Below are positions 54,201 through 64,000 of a stretch of 64,000 nucleotides of DNA, piece by piece. A program made the position numbers and the translations under genes. Below the pieces are notes generated by a model. It was not told the origin of the DNA. It saw only the letters and a list, made by a program, of their open reading frames with translations, and did no database searches. The DNA is from an archaeon (GTDB taxonomy: Archaea > Micrarchaeota > Micrarchaeia > CAILAH01). Positions within the stretch are counted from its first letter, which is position 1. Every line of letters starts with the position of its first letter. The stretch is from positions 3,897 through 67,896 of the forward strand of contig JAJSAH010000020.1 of assembly GCA_024274875.1 (NCBI GenBank), read 5' to 3'.

Positions 54201-57026
54201 CTATATCTTCCTGTATATGCGGATTGGCAATACGCCCAATCCCTTAACATCTTCCGGATAAACCTGCTCGAACCCATCCAGCTGCCCTAAAAAGAATGCC
54301 TTGTAGAACACTGAATCATATCCTTTAAGAGGGGCATCATCGATGCTGTCATTAGTGTATACCATAAGAAATTCTGAATATCTCCGGCCGTCAAACGTCC
54401 TATCCCCTACCTTCAAAGGAATCACACTTAATTGTTTGCCGGTCTGCGCATCAAAAACAAAGAGCATTCTGTCCTGTTCGAGCACGCAGTATGTGCCCAA
54501 TACCCTGCCATTGTATATTGAAAATGATAGCTTGCCGTAGGTTTGAGAGAATTGGTCAAGCACGCACATCTCGTTGATCGTTGGATTGTTTGGGACATAA
54601 ATCCTCTCAAATTGGTATGATGCGCTGCACTCCGATTCATAAGGCATTTCAGTTGGAGATGTCTCATTATTGTACACGCATGACAGATAAGTTAATGCGC
54701 CCCATTTGCCTATCAAATCCATATCAAACAGCGCGTATGTTGAATTTCTCGAGTCCATGTATTCTTTAAGCGCTTCAGGAGTGTTTGCAACAAACTTGTC
54801 GGCAACCTCTAAATCAAGTATGACAAACGGGTGGTCGTTTCGGGTTACCGTGCGCTGCCTGCCAAAGTAATTTGTCCAATGCCCATAATCCCACCACGAG
54901 ATCACATAAGAATCATCATTTACATTGTCACGAAGCCATTCCATCGCATCATACCAATAATTAGGGATTACATTGCAGTAAATAACCGATAAGTATGCTG
55001 AACCGCTGCTCCTAACATCACTGCAAAACTTAACAACGCTCGCATGATCGGTAATATTTATAGACGCATAACTTATTGAGTGCGGTATTACTGTGATATT
55101 GTTCAGCGCAAACGGAAGCAAGAGCACTACCATGCTCATCGCAAACACGCGGTCCAACTTGCCTTCCCTATACCATTCATGGCTGTAATACAGAACAACT
55201 GCGAGGACGATCGCAAAGAGCACATAGTATGCCGGATTGGAAGTTGCAAAGAACGGAATTGACCCGTCACCTATGAAATAAGTTATGAATCCCCATGAGT
55301 ATGAAAGAGCTGCATATCCAGCTATCACTAAGAGAATAACGCCAGCATAATACCCTAAATGCCTCTGCCATCCTTTTGAATCCTTGCTCTTCGCAGATTC
55401 ATAAGCTTCTGAAGCAACGCACGCAAGCGCAAGCGCAAGAACAAGACCCAAATGCGGCGTGTATTTTATCTTCTGCAATCCAATCCACGATACAGAAACA
55501 ATGAATATGAAAAGCAGCAAAGTTAACGAGAACTTGCGGCGCAGGATGCTTGACACAAATGAAAGCACTAACAGCAAGTATATGAGAGGAACTGCGGCGA
55601 GCGACCCATATTTTGATATGAATTTTGAAGTTATTTTGCTAACATCAAGGGAAATTCCAACATACCCAAACCTATTCTGCAGATAACTGCTGTAAAGGTT
55701 TTCTTCTGCAACGGTTTTTTGGAGCGCGCTCGTAGTGCTAAGCTGGCCGACTCCTGAGAGATAGCCTAAATAATTCAATACAGGATGACCCAAAGGCGTT
55801 GCAAGGAACAGCGCTCCAATCAATCCGATGCCGCACAGCGCGTATGCTCTTTTCTTCATCGTGGTTAAGTGACTCTTCCCTCTATCAAGCAAATGATATG
55901 TGAAGAATGAAAATGCAGACGCAAGCAAAATCACTATAGTCATCGCATTGGGCATCAGACCTGCTGAACCTCTCATGTACAAATCAAACAGCAAGTTTGA
56001 TGCATAAGTGAAAACCGCAAGCACCGCAGGAAACTCATAGTAGAATTTATCGCGCTTGTTATGCAGGAAATCATGCGCAGCAAGGATTGCAATGTATGCT
56101 GAGCCAATAACAACAGGCATCATGCCGGCTTTTGAGCCGAGCACTGCGCCAAGCACCGCGATTATTGCAGGTATATAATAAATGCGGTCGTTCTTATGCT
56201 TCACTGCAAAGTATATGAACGCAATGCCTGCGACCGCAGCATAAATTCCCCATGGGAGCTGCTCGGCAACCCCTGCAAGAAATTTTGTAAAGAGCGCAGG
56301 CATGAACGCAACCGCGAAAGCAGCTGCAACAGCAAGCCAATTTGAATATTCATCTTTAAACAGCATATAAACCAAAAATGCGACCAACCCTATCAACAAT
56401 GGGGGGTAAACATTTGATATAACAGCATTGTATAAATGGTTATAGTTGAATCCAAGAGCAAGCGAGTACCAAATTGCAGTGAGGTATTGAGGAACGGGCA
56501 GCACTCTATGATTAATCAACCTAAGCTGGTAATCCTGCCCATTATGGTGGATCACTTCATTGCTCGCGTATGCAAGGTCATCATGCATAGGCACAGAACC
56601 CTGCGTTATGAGAAATTCAGGAATCATCATGTAGTAATATGGGTCAAATTCATAGAAATACGATGATAACGATTGAACATGCAGGTAAAATGACGCGAGA
56701 AATATCAATAAGACAACAATAGAGGATTTTGAAAAATTAAAATGATATTCTTGCAGTTTGAACTTCCCTGCAATAATTAAATACGCTGAAATTGATAACG
56801 GAATCAAAAAAATGATTGCAATCAAAAGCATGGAAAATGAGATTAAAAAATTGAGCAGCCAAGCAATAACCGGGCTCGCCATAATAGAGAGCACGAGGGA
56901 TAACAATCCCAACTCAATTAAATTATACTTATGCTTTCTAAAAATGTAACCTACGAGCGGAATGTAAAATGCCACAAACGCTACTAAGTTTATTATGCCA
57001 CCAGGAATCAAACTAATTAAGTTCAT
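54201..57026 (-). CDS. aglB: Archaeal oligosaccharyltransferase AglB (STT3)
   Basis: 13 TM N-terminal, WWDYGHW catalytic motif, long C-terminal soluble domain. Confidence 0.9.
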   Translation of the reverse strand: MNLISLIPGGIINLVAFVAFYIPLVGYIFRKHKYNLIELGLLSLVLSIMASPVIAWLLNFLISFSMLLIAIIFLIPLSISAYLIIAGKFKLQEYHFNFSKSSIVVLLIFLASFYLHVQSLSSYFYEFDPYYYMMIPEFLITQGSVPMHDDLAYASNEVIHHNGQDYQLRLINHRVLPVPQYLTAIWYSLALGFNYNHLYNAVISNVYPPLLIGLVAFLVYMLFKDEYSNWLAVAAAFAVAFMPALFTKFLAGVAEQLPWGIYAAVAGIAFIYFAVKHKNDRIYYIPAIIAVLGAVLGSKAGMMPVVIGSAYIAILAAHDFLHNKRDKFYYEFPAVLAVFTYASNLLFDLYMRGSAGLMPNAMTIVILLASAFSFFTYHLLDRGKSHLTTMKKRAYALCGIGLIGALFLATPLGHPVLNYLGYLSGVGQLSTTSALQKTVAEENLYSSYLQNRFGYVGISLDVSKITSKFISKYGSLAAVPLIYLLLVLSFVSSILRRKFSLTLLLFIFIVSVSWIGLQKIKYTPHLGLVLALALACVASEAYESAKSKDSKGWQRHLGYYAGVILLVIAGYAALSYSWGFITYFIGDGSIPFFATSNPAYYVLFAIVLAVVLYYSHEWYREGKLDRVFAMSMVVLLLPFALNNITVIPHSISYASINITDHASVVKFCSDVRSSGSAYLSVIYCNVIPNYWYDAMEWLRDNVNDDSYVISWWDYGHWTNYFGRQRTVTRNDHPFVILDLEVADKFVANTPEALKEYMDSRNSTYALFDMDLIGKWGALTYLSCVYNNETSPTEMPYESECSASYQFERIYVPNNPTINEMCVLDQFSQTYGKLSFSIYNGRVLGTYCVLEQDRMLFVFDAQTGKQLSVIPLKVGDRTFDGRRYSEFLMVYTNDSIDDAPLKGYDSVFYKAFFLGQLDGFEQVYPEDVKGLGVLPIRIYRKI

Positions 57027-57095
57027 AACGGAAATTTTGATAATGATATTTTATTAAATTAACACGCATATAACTTTGTGCTAAAGGTGGTATGA

Positions 57096-57593
57096 GTGAA
57101 TAAAGTTTTGTTATTGGGAGGCGCTGTGCTATTTGCAGCGTTGTTGTTCGGGTGCATTGGAGGAGAACCCAACCAGGGGCCTGGGATAGGCACGCCAGCT
57201 GGAGGCGGAGGAATGCAGGTGCAGCAGGCAGCGCCGCAGAAATGCGTTATCATGGATAAGGAGAGCGGATACCAGTATACATACTATTTCGATGGCAAAG
57301 GAAACATGCGAATGGAAGCTACAATGGAAGGCGAGCATGTCGTGATGATAACAAAAGATAATATGGTGTATCAAGCTGTAAGCGGTGACGATTCGCAGTG
57401 CGATTGGATGAGCATAGAAATGGGCACGCAAGGCGGCACATTGGGGATTACTGGATACGATGATATTAATAACATCGAAATGGTGCAACCTCAGCTTTCC
57501 GTAGATTGCACGAACATTCCTCTTGATGAGAGCATGTTTACGCCTTCCGGAAAAATCTGCTCTATGGAAGACATGTTCGGAGCATACCAATAA
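57096..57593 (+). CDS. Small secreted lipoprotein, hypothetical
   Basis: Signal plus lipobox LLFGC; Gly-rich linker; paralog of 59921..60643 (QCDWMSIE / CSMEDMFG vs RCDWIMME / CDLSEMMG). Confidence 0.5.
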   Translation: MNKVLLLGGAVLFAALLFGCIGGEPNQGPGIGTPAGGGGMQVQQAAPQKCVIMDKESGYQYTYYFDGKGNMRMEATMEGEHVVMITKDNMVYQAVSGDDSQCDWMSIEMGTQGGTLGITGYDDINNIEMVQPQLSVDCTNIPLDESMFTPSGKICSMEDMFGAYQ

Positions 57594-57633
57594 TTTAATT
57601 TTTTTATTTTTGCAAAGGTTTAAGGTTGATTTT

Positions 57634-58668
57634 ATGGGGCTAATCGATGATGCGAAAAATCTCGGGACTGATGATGCAATCAACTTGCTCGAAAAAAACG
57701 GAAAGGAATATAAGGAGCTCATGCACCTTGCTGACCTGTACATGAAAAAAGGTGAGCACGAAAAACTCCTTAAACTGCTCAACAGAATAATCAGTGAAAA
57801 TGGCCCTTCAAAAGGGCTGTTAATGAAAAGAAGCGTGGTATTGTTCAAACTCAACAGGAAACAAGATGCGCTGAAAGATATACTAAAGGCAAGAGAGATA
57901 GATAAGAATGATGTTGCAGTCATAAAAGGGTTGATAGATGTGAATGCATCGCTCGGCAATTATGAGAAAGCGATGGAGGAGATTGAAGCGCTCGAAAGGA
58001 TGAATGAGGTTGACCAGGGGATAAAAGAGAGAAAAAGCAATCTGCTTAAACTAATCAAACTGAAAGCGGAATCAGACAAGCATAACTTTCTGCTCGATGC
58101 AGTCAGAGAGAATATGAAAAATGAGAGATTGCTCATTGCAAAATCGTTGTTAAGCAAAATAGATGAGAGGAAAACTACTGAATATTATGAAACAGCATGC
58201 GTTCTCTACCGCAAGTTGGGGATGCCGCATGAGGTTATTCAAATTGCCAAAGAAGCCATCGAAAAAGAATTATATGATAATAAAGTTCTCAGAGCATATG
58301 CATTCGCGCTGATGGACCTTCACAAATTCAGAGAGGCAGTGAAAGTGTTCGACGAAATGCTTGAAAATGAGAATGATGATCCGCGCGCATACGCAGACCG
58401 CGCAATCGCAAGAGCCAATATTGGAGAGTTTGATGGCGCGCTGGAAGATATAAACAAAGCGATACAAATTGATCCTATGAGAGATATATTTTACATCAGA
58501 AAGGGTGATATTATCGCGCGCATAAATGGCGTTGAGAAAAGCCTGCAATACTATAATAAAGCCATAGAAGTCAATCCGCTGAATGCAGAAGCGCACGAAA
58601 GAAAGGAAAATGCGGAATCAATACTCAACCGCAGAGCAGGCAAGCACGATGAAAAACTGTTCAGGTGA
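57634..58668 (+). CDS. TPR-repeat protein
   Basis: Multiple 34-aa repeats (…AYADRAIARANIGEFDGALEDINKAIQIDP…); start at internal Met to clear upstream gene. Confidence 0.7.
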   Translation: MGLIDDAKNLGTDDAINLLEKNGKEYKELMHLADLYMKKGEHEKLLKLLNRIISENGPSKGLLMKRSVVLFKLNRKQDALKDILKAREIDKNDVAVIKGLIDVNASLGNYEKAMEEIEALERMNEVDQGIKERKSNLLKLIKLKAESDKHNFLLDAVRENMKNERLLIAKSLLSKIDERKTTEYYETACVLYRKLGMPHEVIQIAKEAIEKELYDNKVLRAYAFALMDLHKFREAVKVFDEMLENENDDPRAYADRAIARANIGEFDGALEDINKAIQIDPMRDIFYIRKGDIIARINGVEKSLQYYNKAIEVNPLNAEAHERKENAESILNRRAGKHDEKLFR

Positions 58669-58689
58669 ACGCAGGAGGAGTGCAGCAGT

Positions 58690-59889
58690 ATGTTGATTGG
58701 CGTTGTTGGAAAACCAAATGTTGGAAAATCAACCTTCTTCCAAGCGTTGACTATGGCACCTGCGCAGAGAGCTAATTATCCCTTCACAACAATAGATGCT
58801 AATAGGGGAGTAGGGTATGTTGAGATCGAATGCGTAGATAAAGAGTTCGGTATTAGGTGCAACCCACGGCATGGATTTTGCGAAAATGGCAGGAGGTTTG
58901 TCCCAGTGGAAGTGATGGATGTTGCAGGGCTGGTCCCAGGCGCGCATGAAGGAAAAGGGTTGGGCAATAAATTTCTTGATGATTTAAGGCAGGCGGATGC
59001 GCTTATACACATCATCGATGCAAGCGGAAGCACTAATGAGAATGGCGAACCTGTGCAACCCGGATCCTATGACCCAGTAAATGATGTGAAATTTCTTGAA
59101 GAAGAACTGGATTACTGGATAAAAGGGATACTGAATAAAAACTGGGCAAAATTAAGCAGGCTTGAAAAAACAACATCGCGCGATAAGGCTAACCTACTGA
59201 GTGAGCAGTTGAGCGGACTTAAAATCAGCCAGCCGGAGATTTTGGATGCGCTCAAAGAATCAGAAGTTGATGAAAAGGATCTGGAAAGCTGGAATGAAAA
59301 TGAGAAGATTAAGTTTTGCAGGAGCGTGCGCAAAGCAAGCAAACCTATGGTGATTGCAGCAAACAAATGCGATATGCCAGCTGCTAAGGAAAACATTGAG
59401 CGTTTAAAAAAAGCATTCCCTGAATATATCATAGTGCCTGTATCTGCTGAGAGCGAGCTCGTGCTTAAAGAAGCGGCAAAAAAAGGAATGATTAAATACA
59501 CGCCTGGCGATTCGGAGTTTGAGGTGTCTAACCCACAGCAGTTGAACGAGAAACAGGTAAGGGCGCTTGAATTCATATCAAAAAATGTGCTCAAAATATA
59601 CGGCAGCACAGGAGTTCAAAGATGCATCAATGCAGCAGTGTTTGACATGTTGAAATATATTGCAGTATTCCCTGGAGGAGTGAGCAAGCTTGCTGATGCA
59701 GAGGGAAATGTGCTTCCAGATGTATTTTTAATGCCGCCTAAAAGCACAGCGCTCGATTTTGCAGAAAGAATTCATAAGGATATGGCTAAGCATTTCATAC
59801 GCGCAATAGATGTAAAAACTAAAAGAGCGCTTGGAGCGGATTACGCGCTGAAGCATAGGGATGTTATAGAAATCGTATTTGGAAGATAA
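58690..59889 (+). CDS. Obg-family P-loop GTPase/ATPase (YchF/OLA1-like) with C-terminal TGS-like domain
   Basis: G1 VGKPNVGKST, G3 DVAGLV, G4 ANKCD; C-term TGS-like. Confidence 0.75.
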   Translation: MLIGVVGKPNVGKSTFFQALTMAPAQRANYPFTTIDANRGVGYVEIECVDKEFGIRCNPRHGFCENGRRFVPVEVMDVAGLVPGAHEGKGLGNKFLDDLRQADALIHIIDASGSTNENGEPVQPGSYDPVNDVKFLEEELDYWIKGILNKNWAKLSRLEKTTSRDKANLLSEQLSGLKISQPEILDALKESEVDEKDLESWNENEKIKFCRSVRKASKPMVIAANKCDMPAAKENIERLKKAFPEYIIVPVSAESELVLKEAAKKGMIKYTPGDSEFEVSNPQQLNEKQVRALEFISKNVLKIYGSTGVQRCINAAVFDMLKYIAVFPGGVSKLADAEGNVLPDVFLMPPKSTALDFAERIHKDMAKHFIRAIDVKTKRALGADYALKHRDVIEIVFGR

Positions 59890-59920
59890 AAATAAAAAGA
59901 GGAGCTTCATAATAAAAAAG

Positions 59921-60643
59921 ATGAAAACGAAAATTATTGTTGCGGTGATCCTTGGATTGTTTGTTCTTTTCTCTGGATGCATCAACCTCAATCCAGAGCA
60001 GGTTAAAGATTAAATAAAGGATAATGTTGAAAATGCATCCGAACAGGCGCAGGATATTGTTGAGAATGCTGGCGAGACATTATCGCAAACGACATTGGAA
60101 ACTGCAATGTCAAGCGGCGTGGCGTATGAATGCACAGCAATATCTGAAAATGAAGGGCAGACGTATACAGCTCATTATTGGGTTCACGGAGATAAGTTCA
60201 AAATAGAAATGAATCCATCTAATGGCATAACCCTTACTGCAATCGTAAAAGACGATAAGATATACACTAAATCAATATATGGTAATGCAATGCAGTATAA
60301 CGGGGTTAGATGCGACTGGATAATGATGGAAAAACAGCATGAGCAAACTTACGATGGCGCGCATGAATATGATGCGAATATAGATAATTTTGAAGTAATG
60401 AGCAGTGCGCAATCCGCAAAAGTAAATGTAGAATGTCATCCATCAACTTTTGGCGATGATGTGTTCAACCCTGAGGGCAATGTATGCGATCTCAGCGAGA
60501 TGATGGGACAACTTAATAATGGGAACATGCAAGAACCGCCTCAGCAAAGCTATGAAAATAACATAGGACCTAAAGAATGCAACGGGCTCAGCGGCCAGGA
60601 AATGATGGATTGCTTGCAAAATTATATGGACCAAATGGAATAA
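59921..60643 (+). pseudogene. Lipoprotein paralog interrupted by in-frame TAA (60011-60013); could also be two ORFs
   Basis: MKTKIIVAVILGLFVLFSGC...EQVKD-TAA-IKDNVENASEQ... continues in same frame into ORF 60095..60643. Confidence 0.45.
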
Positions 60644-60671
60644 TTTTTCTATTTTTAATTTTGCAAGTGAT

Positions 60672-61682
60672 TTAGGGGTTTGCTGAATTGTACGCTTCAT
60701 CATATTCTTCTTTCGACACGAACTTTGCTCTGACATAAAATCTTCCCGCATACCACTTCCCACCAGCGCAATTTCTGTGGTCTATCCAATAATTATCATT
60801 GCTAGCCGCTGCTGAACCTGCCTGGCATGCAATGATATATTGGTCTCCAATGATTTGGGATCTCCCAGGCAAGGGAAGATCTATTACGCGCAGCTTATTT
60901 ATGTTTGTAATCAGACCGTAATATACATATGATGCATCAGCACTTATTCTGCACAAGTCATCAAAAGCATTTAAATCGCCATTCATCGCGAATAGTTCGC
61001 TATTTCCTATTACATGGGAAGGTATGTTGTGATCCATGCATATCTGATGCACTGCCCTAAACACATCACATCCTGAAATGTTGTTCTCTTCACATTCTTC
61101 AAAAGAATCCCTTGCGTTCGCAAATTCCGTGTATGTGCTTGAATCCCCTGGCACCCAGTTTTCAGGAGCATACGGATCGTAGTTATTTTCTTCTTCATAA
61201 TGCATCCTTTCATTGGATTCAACCGCGATGCCATCATTCTCGCCAACAAGTCTTTCATCCTCAAATAATGAATCCCTTTCAAATCCCTGCTCGCTTTGAT
61301 CGAGCAGTTCAATACCTAAATCACTCCTCAATTCGAAGTTCTCAAGTTGCTGTTCTTTTCCATCGCGCAAATCAACGGAATCAACTCGCGCATCTGGCTC
61401 GAATGCATCTGCGTCCCTATTCTCGCTTATTTTCTCAAATCTTCGGTCCTGCTCTTGGTCAGCATGCTCCAACTCAATGCGCAGACCATCATTAAAACTA
61501 CTGCGATGCGATGGGACAACTGAGCCGGAATCGCATGCGCTAAAATTACATATGCCTGCCAAGCTCATCGCAATGCTTATTGCATACCTCTTGGGCTTCT
61601 TTAAGATTGTTTCGCATAATAAACGCGCTTTCGCGAATCTCTTTTCTTTTGGAACAATAATAGGCTGGCTAAAAATATGCAT
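60672..61682 (-). CDS. Secreted/lipo-anchored hypothetical protein, paralog of 61784..62767
   Basis: Signal AISIAMSLAGICNFSAC; shared C-terminal blocks with neighbour. Confidence 0.45.
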   Translation of the reverse strand: MHIFSQPIIVPKEKRFAKARLLCETILKKPKRYAISIAMSLAGICNFSACDSGSVVPSHRSSFNDGLRIELEHADQEQDRRFEKISENRDADAFEPDARVDSVDLRDGKEQQLENFELRSDLGIELLDQSEQGFERDSLFEDERLVGENDGIAVESNERMHYEEENNYDPYAPENWVPGDSSTYTEFANARDSFEECEENNISGCDVFRAVHQICMDHNIPSHVIGNSELFAMNGDLNAFDDLCRISADASYVYYGLITNINKLRVIDLPLPGRSQIIGDQYIIACQAGSAAASNDNYWIDHRNCAGGKWYAGRFYVRAKFVSKEEYDEAYNSANP

Positions 61683-61783
61683 ATGTCAACACCAAATATA
61701 ATTTCTCATCAGGCACTTATAAACATTTCTTTAATTCCTTTATGCTACTGCGGAACGCATGAAAAATAAAAAATTAATAGATG

Positions 61784-62767
61784 TTAGTACCTCGCCTTGA
61801 ACTCCTCAAACAGTGCTTTGTCAATAACTGCAATGTTTGCATAATATTTTCCTTCAAAAACATCTGGGTTGAAATGCCCTTCTCCAATCGAACCAATCTG
61901 GCAACCAACTGCATAATGATCATTGTTATCGCTGTATGTTCCAGGGATAGGGAAATTCTTCGTATCATACATTCCTAATGGTTTGCTTATTTTTGTCTTT
62001 ATAACATATCTGCCACTGCTTAAATACAAATTACCCATAGTCACAGTCGGAGCAGACCCTTCACCGACAAGGAGTTCAATCGCAGATCCTCTGGTTATTG
62101 CCACGAATTTCATATCGTACCCTTCTACTCCATAGGTCTCAATACCGTCAAAGTTCTCTGTGCATATTGCATCAATCATCTTCTTAAAATCGCAATATGA
62201 GCCAGAATCGCACTCTGCCGCCCTGTCGCCTGCATTAGCCATATCTATATAATCATCAACCAAATCGGGGCGAAGCCAATTCTTAGGGTTATAGTGCTCA
62301 TCAGTGTACTGCTTTTCAGATGATTCATTCTCATAACTCTCCTGGCCATTTTCACTGAACGTGCCTGCATCGCTCTCATAACTCTCTGAGACCTCTGCGT
62401 CGCGACTGCCACTTGCACTGCCATTGCCACCGCAGGATACTGAGAAAGTTACGCCTGCCGCCAACGACAACACAGCAAGCATTCTTGCTGACCTGCCAGC
62501 TGTGCGCTTCCACGCATCCTTAAACCTGCTGAACAGCGTGCGCCTGCGCACTGAATGCGTATCTTCCTCTATACGCTTAATATTAGCAGCCATACTTTTC
62601 ATAATCACACCATACTTATAAGCATTGGTTATATTTATATAATTTGCGATTCTGTGCATGCTAAGAACATCACATTTGAACAATTTGCATGAAGAAAGCA
62701 AATAATTAGCCAACTGGAACCCGCGCCTTAACTTCAAGAAAATGCCTGCCTGAAACATTGGTCGCAT
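61784..62767 (-). CDS. Secreted/lipo-anchored hypothetical protein, paralog of 60672..61682
   Basis: Signal MLAVLSLAAGVTFSVSC; Ser/Glu-rich linker then globular domain. Confidence 0.45.
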   Translation of the reverse strand: MRPMFQAGIFLKLRRGFQLANYLLSSCKLFKCDVLSMHRIANYINITNAYKYGVIMKSMAANIKRIEEDTHSVRRRTLFSRFKDAWKRTAGRSARMLAVLSLAAGVTFSVSCGGNGSASGSRDAEVSESYESDAGTFSENGQESYENESSEKQYTDEHYNPKNWLRPDLVDDYIDMANAGDRAAECDSGSYCDFKKMIDAICTENFDGIETYGVEGYDMKFVAITRGSAIELLVGEGSAPTVTMGNLYLSSGRYVIKTKISKPLGMYDTKNFPIPGTYSDNNDHYAVGCQIGSIGEGHFNPDVFEGKYYANIAVIDKALFEEFKARY

Positions 62768-63119
62768 TAACTGAATGCGGTGTTAGGCGGGCTGTTTTAA
62801 CAATTGCATAGCCGTCTTCAGTTTCTTTAAGAGTATGAAGCAGTATTGGAAAATGAACGTTGAACATCCAAAATGATTCATCAACCGGCTTATCATACAC
62901 AAATAAAATTCCCTCATCATCTTCAACATCCGCAGGATCCCTGAACATATAGCCTATGCTCCGCGATATTGCATTATCAGCGATGTATGCTTTAATTGTC
63001 CTGTTGCCAACTTTAATGTATTCATGCTTAGAGTACGGGCTCGAAATAAGCAACAGAGGCAACATTAAGATGAATAACAACGAAACAACAAAACTTTTGC
63101 CAAACAGAGAGACAATCAT
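62706..63119 (-). CDS. DUF192 (COG1430) family protein with N-terminal TM
   Basis: FWMFNVHFPILLHTL resembles DUF192 FWMKNT...PLD core. Confidence 0.55.
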   Translation of the reverse strand: MIVSLFGKSFVVSLLFILMLPLLLISSPYSKHEYIKVGNRTIKAYIADNAISRSIGYMFRDPADVEDDEGILFVYDKPVDESFWMFNVHFPILLHTLKETEDGYAIVKTARLTPHSVNATNVSGRHFLEVKARVPVG

Positions 63120-64000
63120 ATGAAACTGAACCTCTTGCTAAGCTGGTTTGACAGAGATAATTCCTCATAAGGATACATCGCAGTTTTCTCAGAAACTTCT
63201 GTTATTAGTTCATCAACAGTCATCGATAACTGCTCTCTGCTGCCTCTCTTCCTTACCGCAACAGTGCCTTTCGCCGCCTCCTCTTTCCCAACAACAGCTA
63301 TGTACGGCACCCATTCCTTCTCTGCCTCTCTTATTCTCTTGCCCAAACTCTCATTCCTGTCATCAACATCCGCGCGAACTTTCCCTCTCATATTATGCAC
63401 AATGCCGCGCGCGTAATCTACCTGGTCCGCAGACACAGGGATAACCCTAACCTGCGTAGGCGCGAGCCACAACGGAAACATAGGCACACCGCCGCTTGAC
63501 TTAACCATGCCCTGTTTTTCCAAAACAGCATATATGTCCCGCTCAATCGCGCCACTTATGCTTGCGTGAAGTATATACGGCCTTTTTTTGGAACCATCGC
63601 TCGAAACGTAACTTATGTTGAACCTTTCAGCATTTTCAACATCAATCTGCACTGTGGAAAGCGCAGTGCATTTATCCAAACTGTCAACCACATTGAACTC
63701 AAATTTGGTTATGAAATATGCGTATCTTTTATCGAACATTTCTATTAACATTGGTTTTCCAACCTTCTTCGCAAACTCAGCATACCACTCCCTGTTTTGC
63801 TCATACCATTCGCGCAGTATCCTAAACGCAACGACATAAGAAATATCTATATCTGACATAAACGATTGGCACATTTCGAACTGCTTGCCAAACTCCTCCT
63901 TTGCTGAGTTAAGGTCAACAGTAAGAGTGTGCATATCAGGCATGGTGAATGCGCGAAGCCTTCTCAACCCTGCAACCTCACCGCTCTGTTCTCTCCTGAA
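63116..64000 (-). CDS. thrS: Threonyl-tRNA synthetase, C-terminal part (gene continues beyond window)
   Basis: Class II motif 3 region STVQIDVENAERF, GAIER, anticodon-binding LAPTQVRVIPVS...DDRNESLGKRIREAEKEWVPYIAVVGKEE. Confidence 0.8.
   Translation of the reverse strand, partial: FRREQSGEVAGLRRLRAFTMPDMHTLTVDLNSAKEEFGKQFEMCQSFMSDIDISYVVAFRILREWYEQNREWYAEFAKKVGKPMLIEMFDKRYAYFITKFEFNVVDSLDKCTALSTVQIDVENAERFNISYVSSDGSKKRPYILHASISGAIERDIYAVLEKQGMVKSSGGVPMFPLWLAPTQVRVIPVSADQVDYARGIVHNMRGKVRADVDDRNESLGKRIREAEKEWVPYIAVVGKEEAAKGTVAVRKRGSREQLSMTVDELITEVSEKTAMYPYEELSLSNQLSKRFSFI

Noticed and set aside
60011-60013. TAA reassigned as a sense codon (alternative genetic code)
   Set aside because: TAA terminates many well-supported genes in the window (r-proteins, PCNA etc.), so a global reassignment is not tenable.

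Overview
AT-rich archaeal chromosomal segment. Archaea-specific ribosomal proteins (L14e, L34e, L19e, L32e, S4e), a histone, TFE, PCNA, AglB and aTrm56 fix the domain; the overall flavour is a small-genome, DPANN-like organism.

1-10.9 kb: a minus-strand ribosomal-protein cluster running S17 through L15, then secY-adk-DUF106-L34e-cmk-L14e, with ftsY divergent at the start. A zinc-ribbon S14 with a TTG start was missed by the ORF track.

11-26.5 kb: histone, a Hef-like helicase, an ankyrin protein, an RNase HIII-type enzyme, speH-speE, a HerA-like ATPase, two CPA2 antiporters, a tRNA-Arg(UCG) gene that appears to carry two introns (one about 162 nt inside the T-loop, built from 67-bp GC-rich tandem repeats), TFE, a processive GT2 glycosyltransferase, SRP54 and a KaiC-like ATPase.

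26.5-50.2 kb is the stand-out. A tightly packed, co-directional ten-gene cluster on the minus strand (about 20.5 kb) encodes six mutually paralogous polytopic membrane proteins with a shared signature motif, a membrane-anchored protein, a 2807-aa lipobox-bearing giant surface protein, and two paralogous transmembrane-anchored cysteine-rich proteins, one carrying a dockerin-like Ca-binding repeat pair. A divergent 1042-aa Lys/Glu-rich coiled-coil membrane protein shares the TATA region. I recognise no characterised secretion, pilus or conjugation machinery in it. It looks like an undescribed cell-surface or attachment apparatus.

50.2-64 kb: HExxH peptidase, aTrm56, DUF59, PCNA, GDH, AglB, a TPR protein, a YchF-like GTPase, several lipoprotein paralogs (one interrupted by an in-frame TAA), DUF192 and the 3' part of thrS running off the window.
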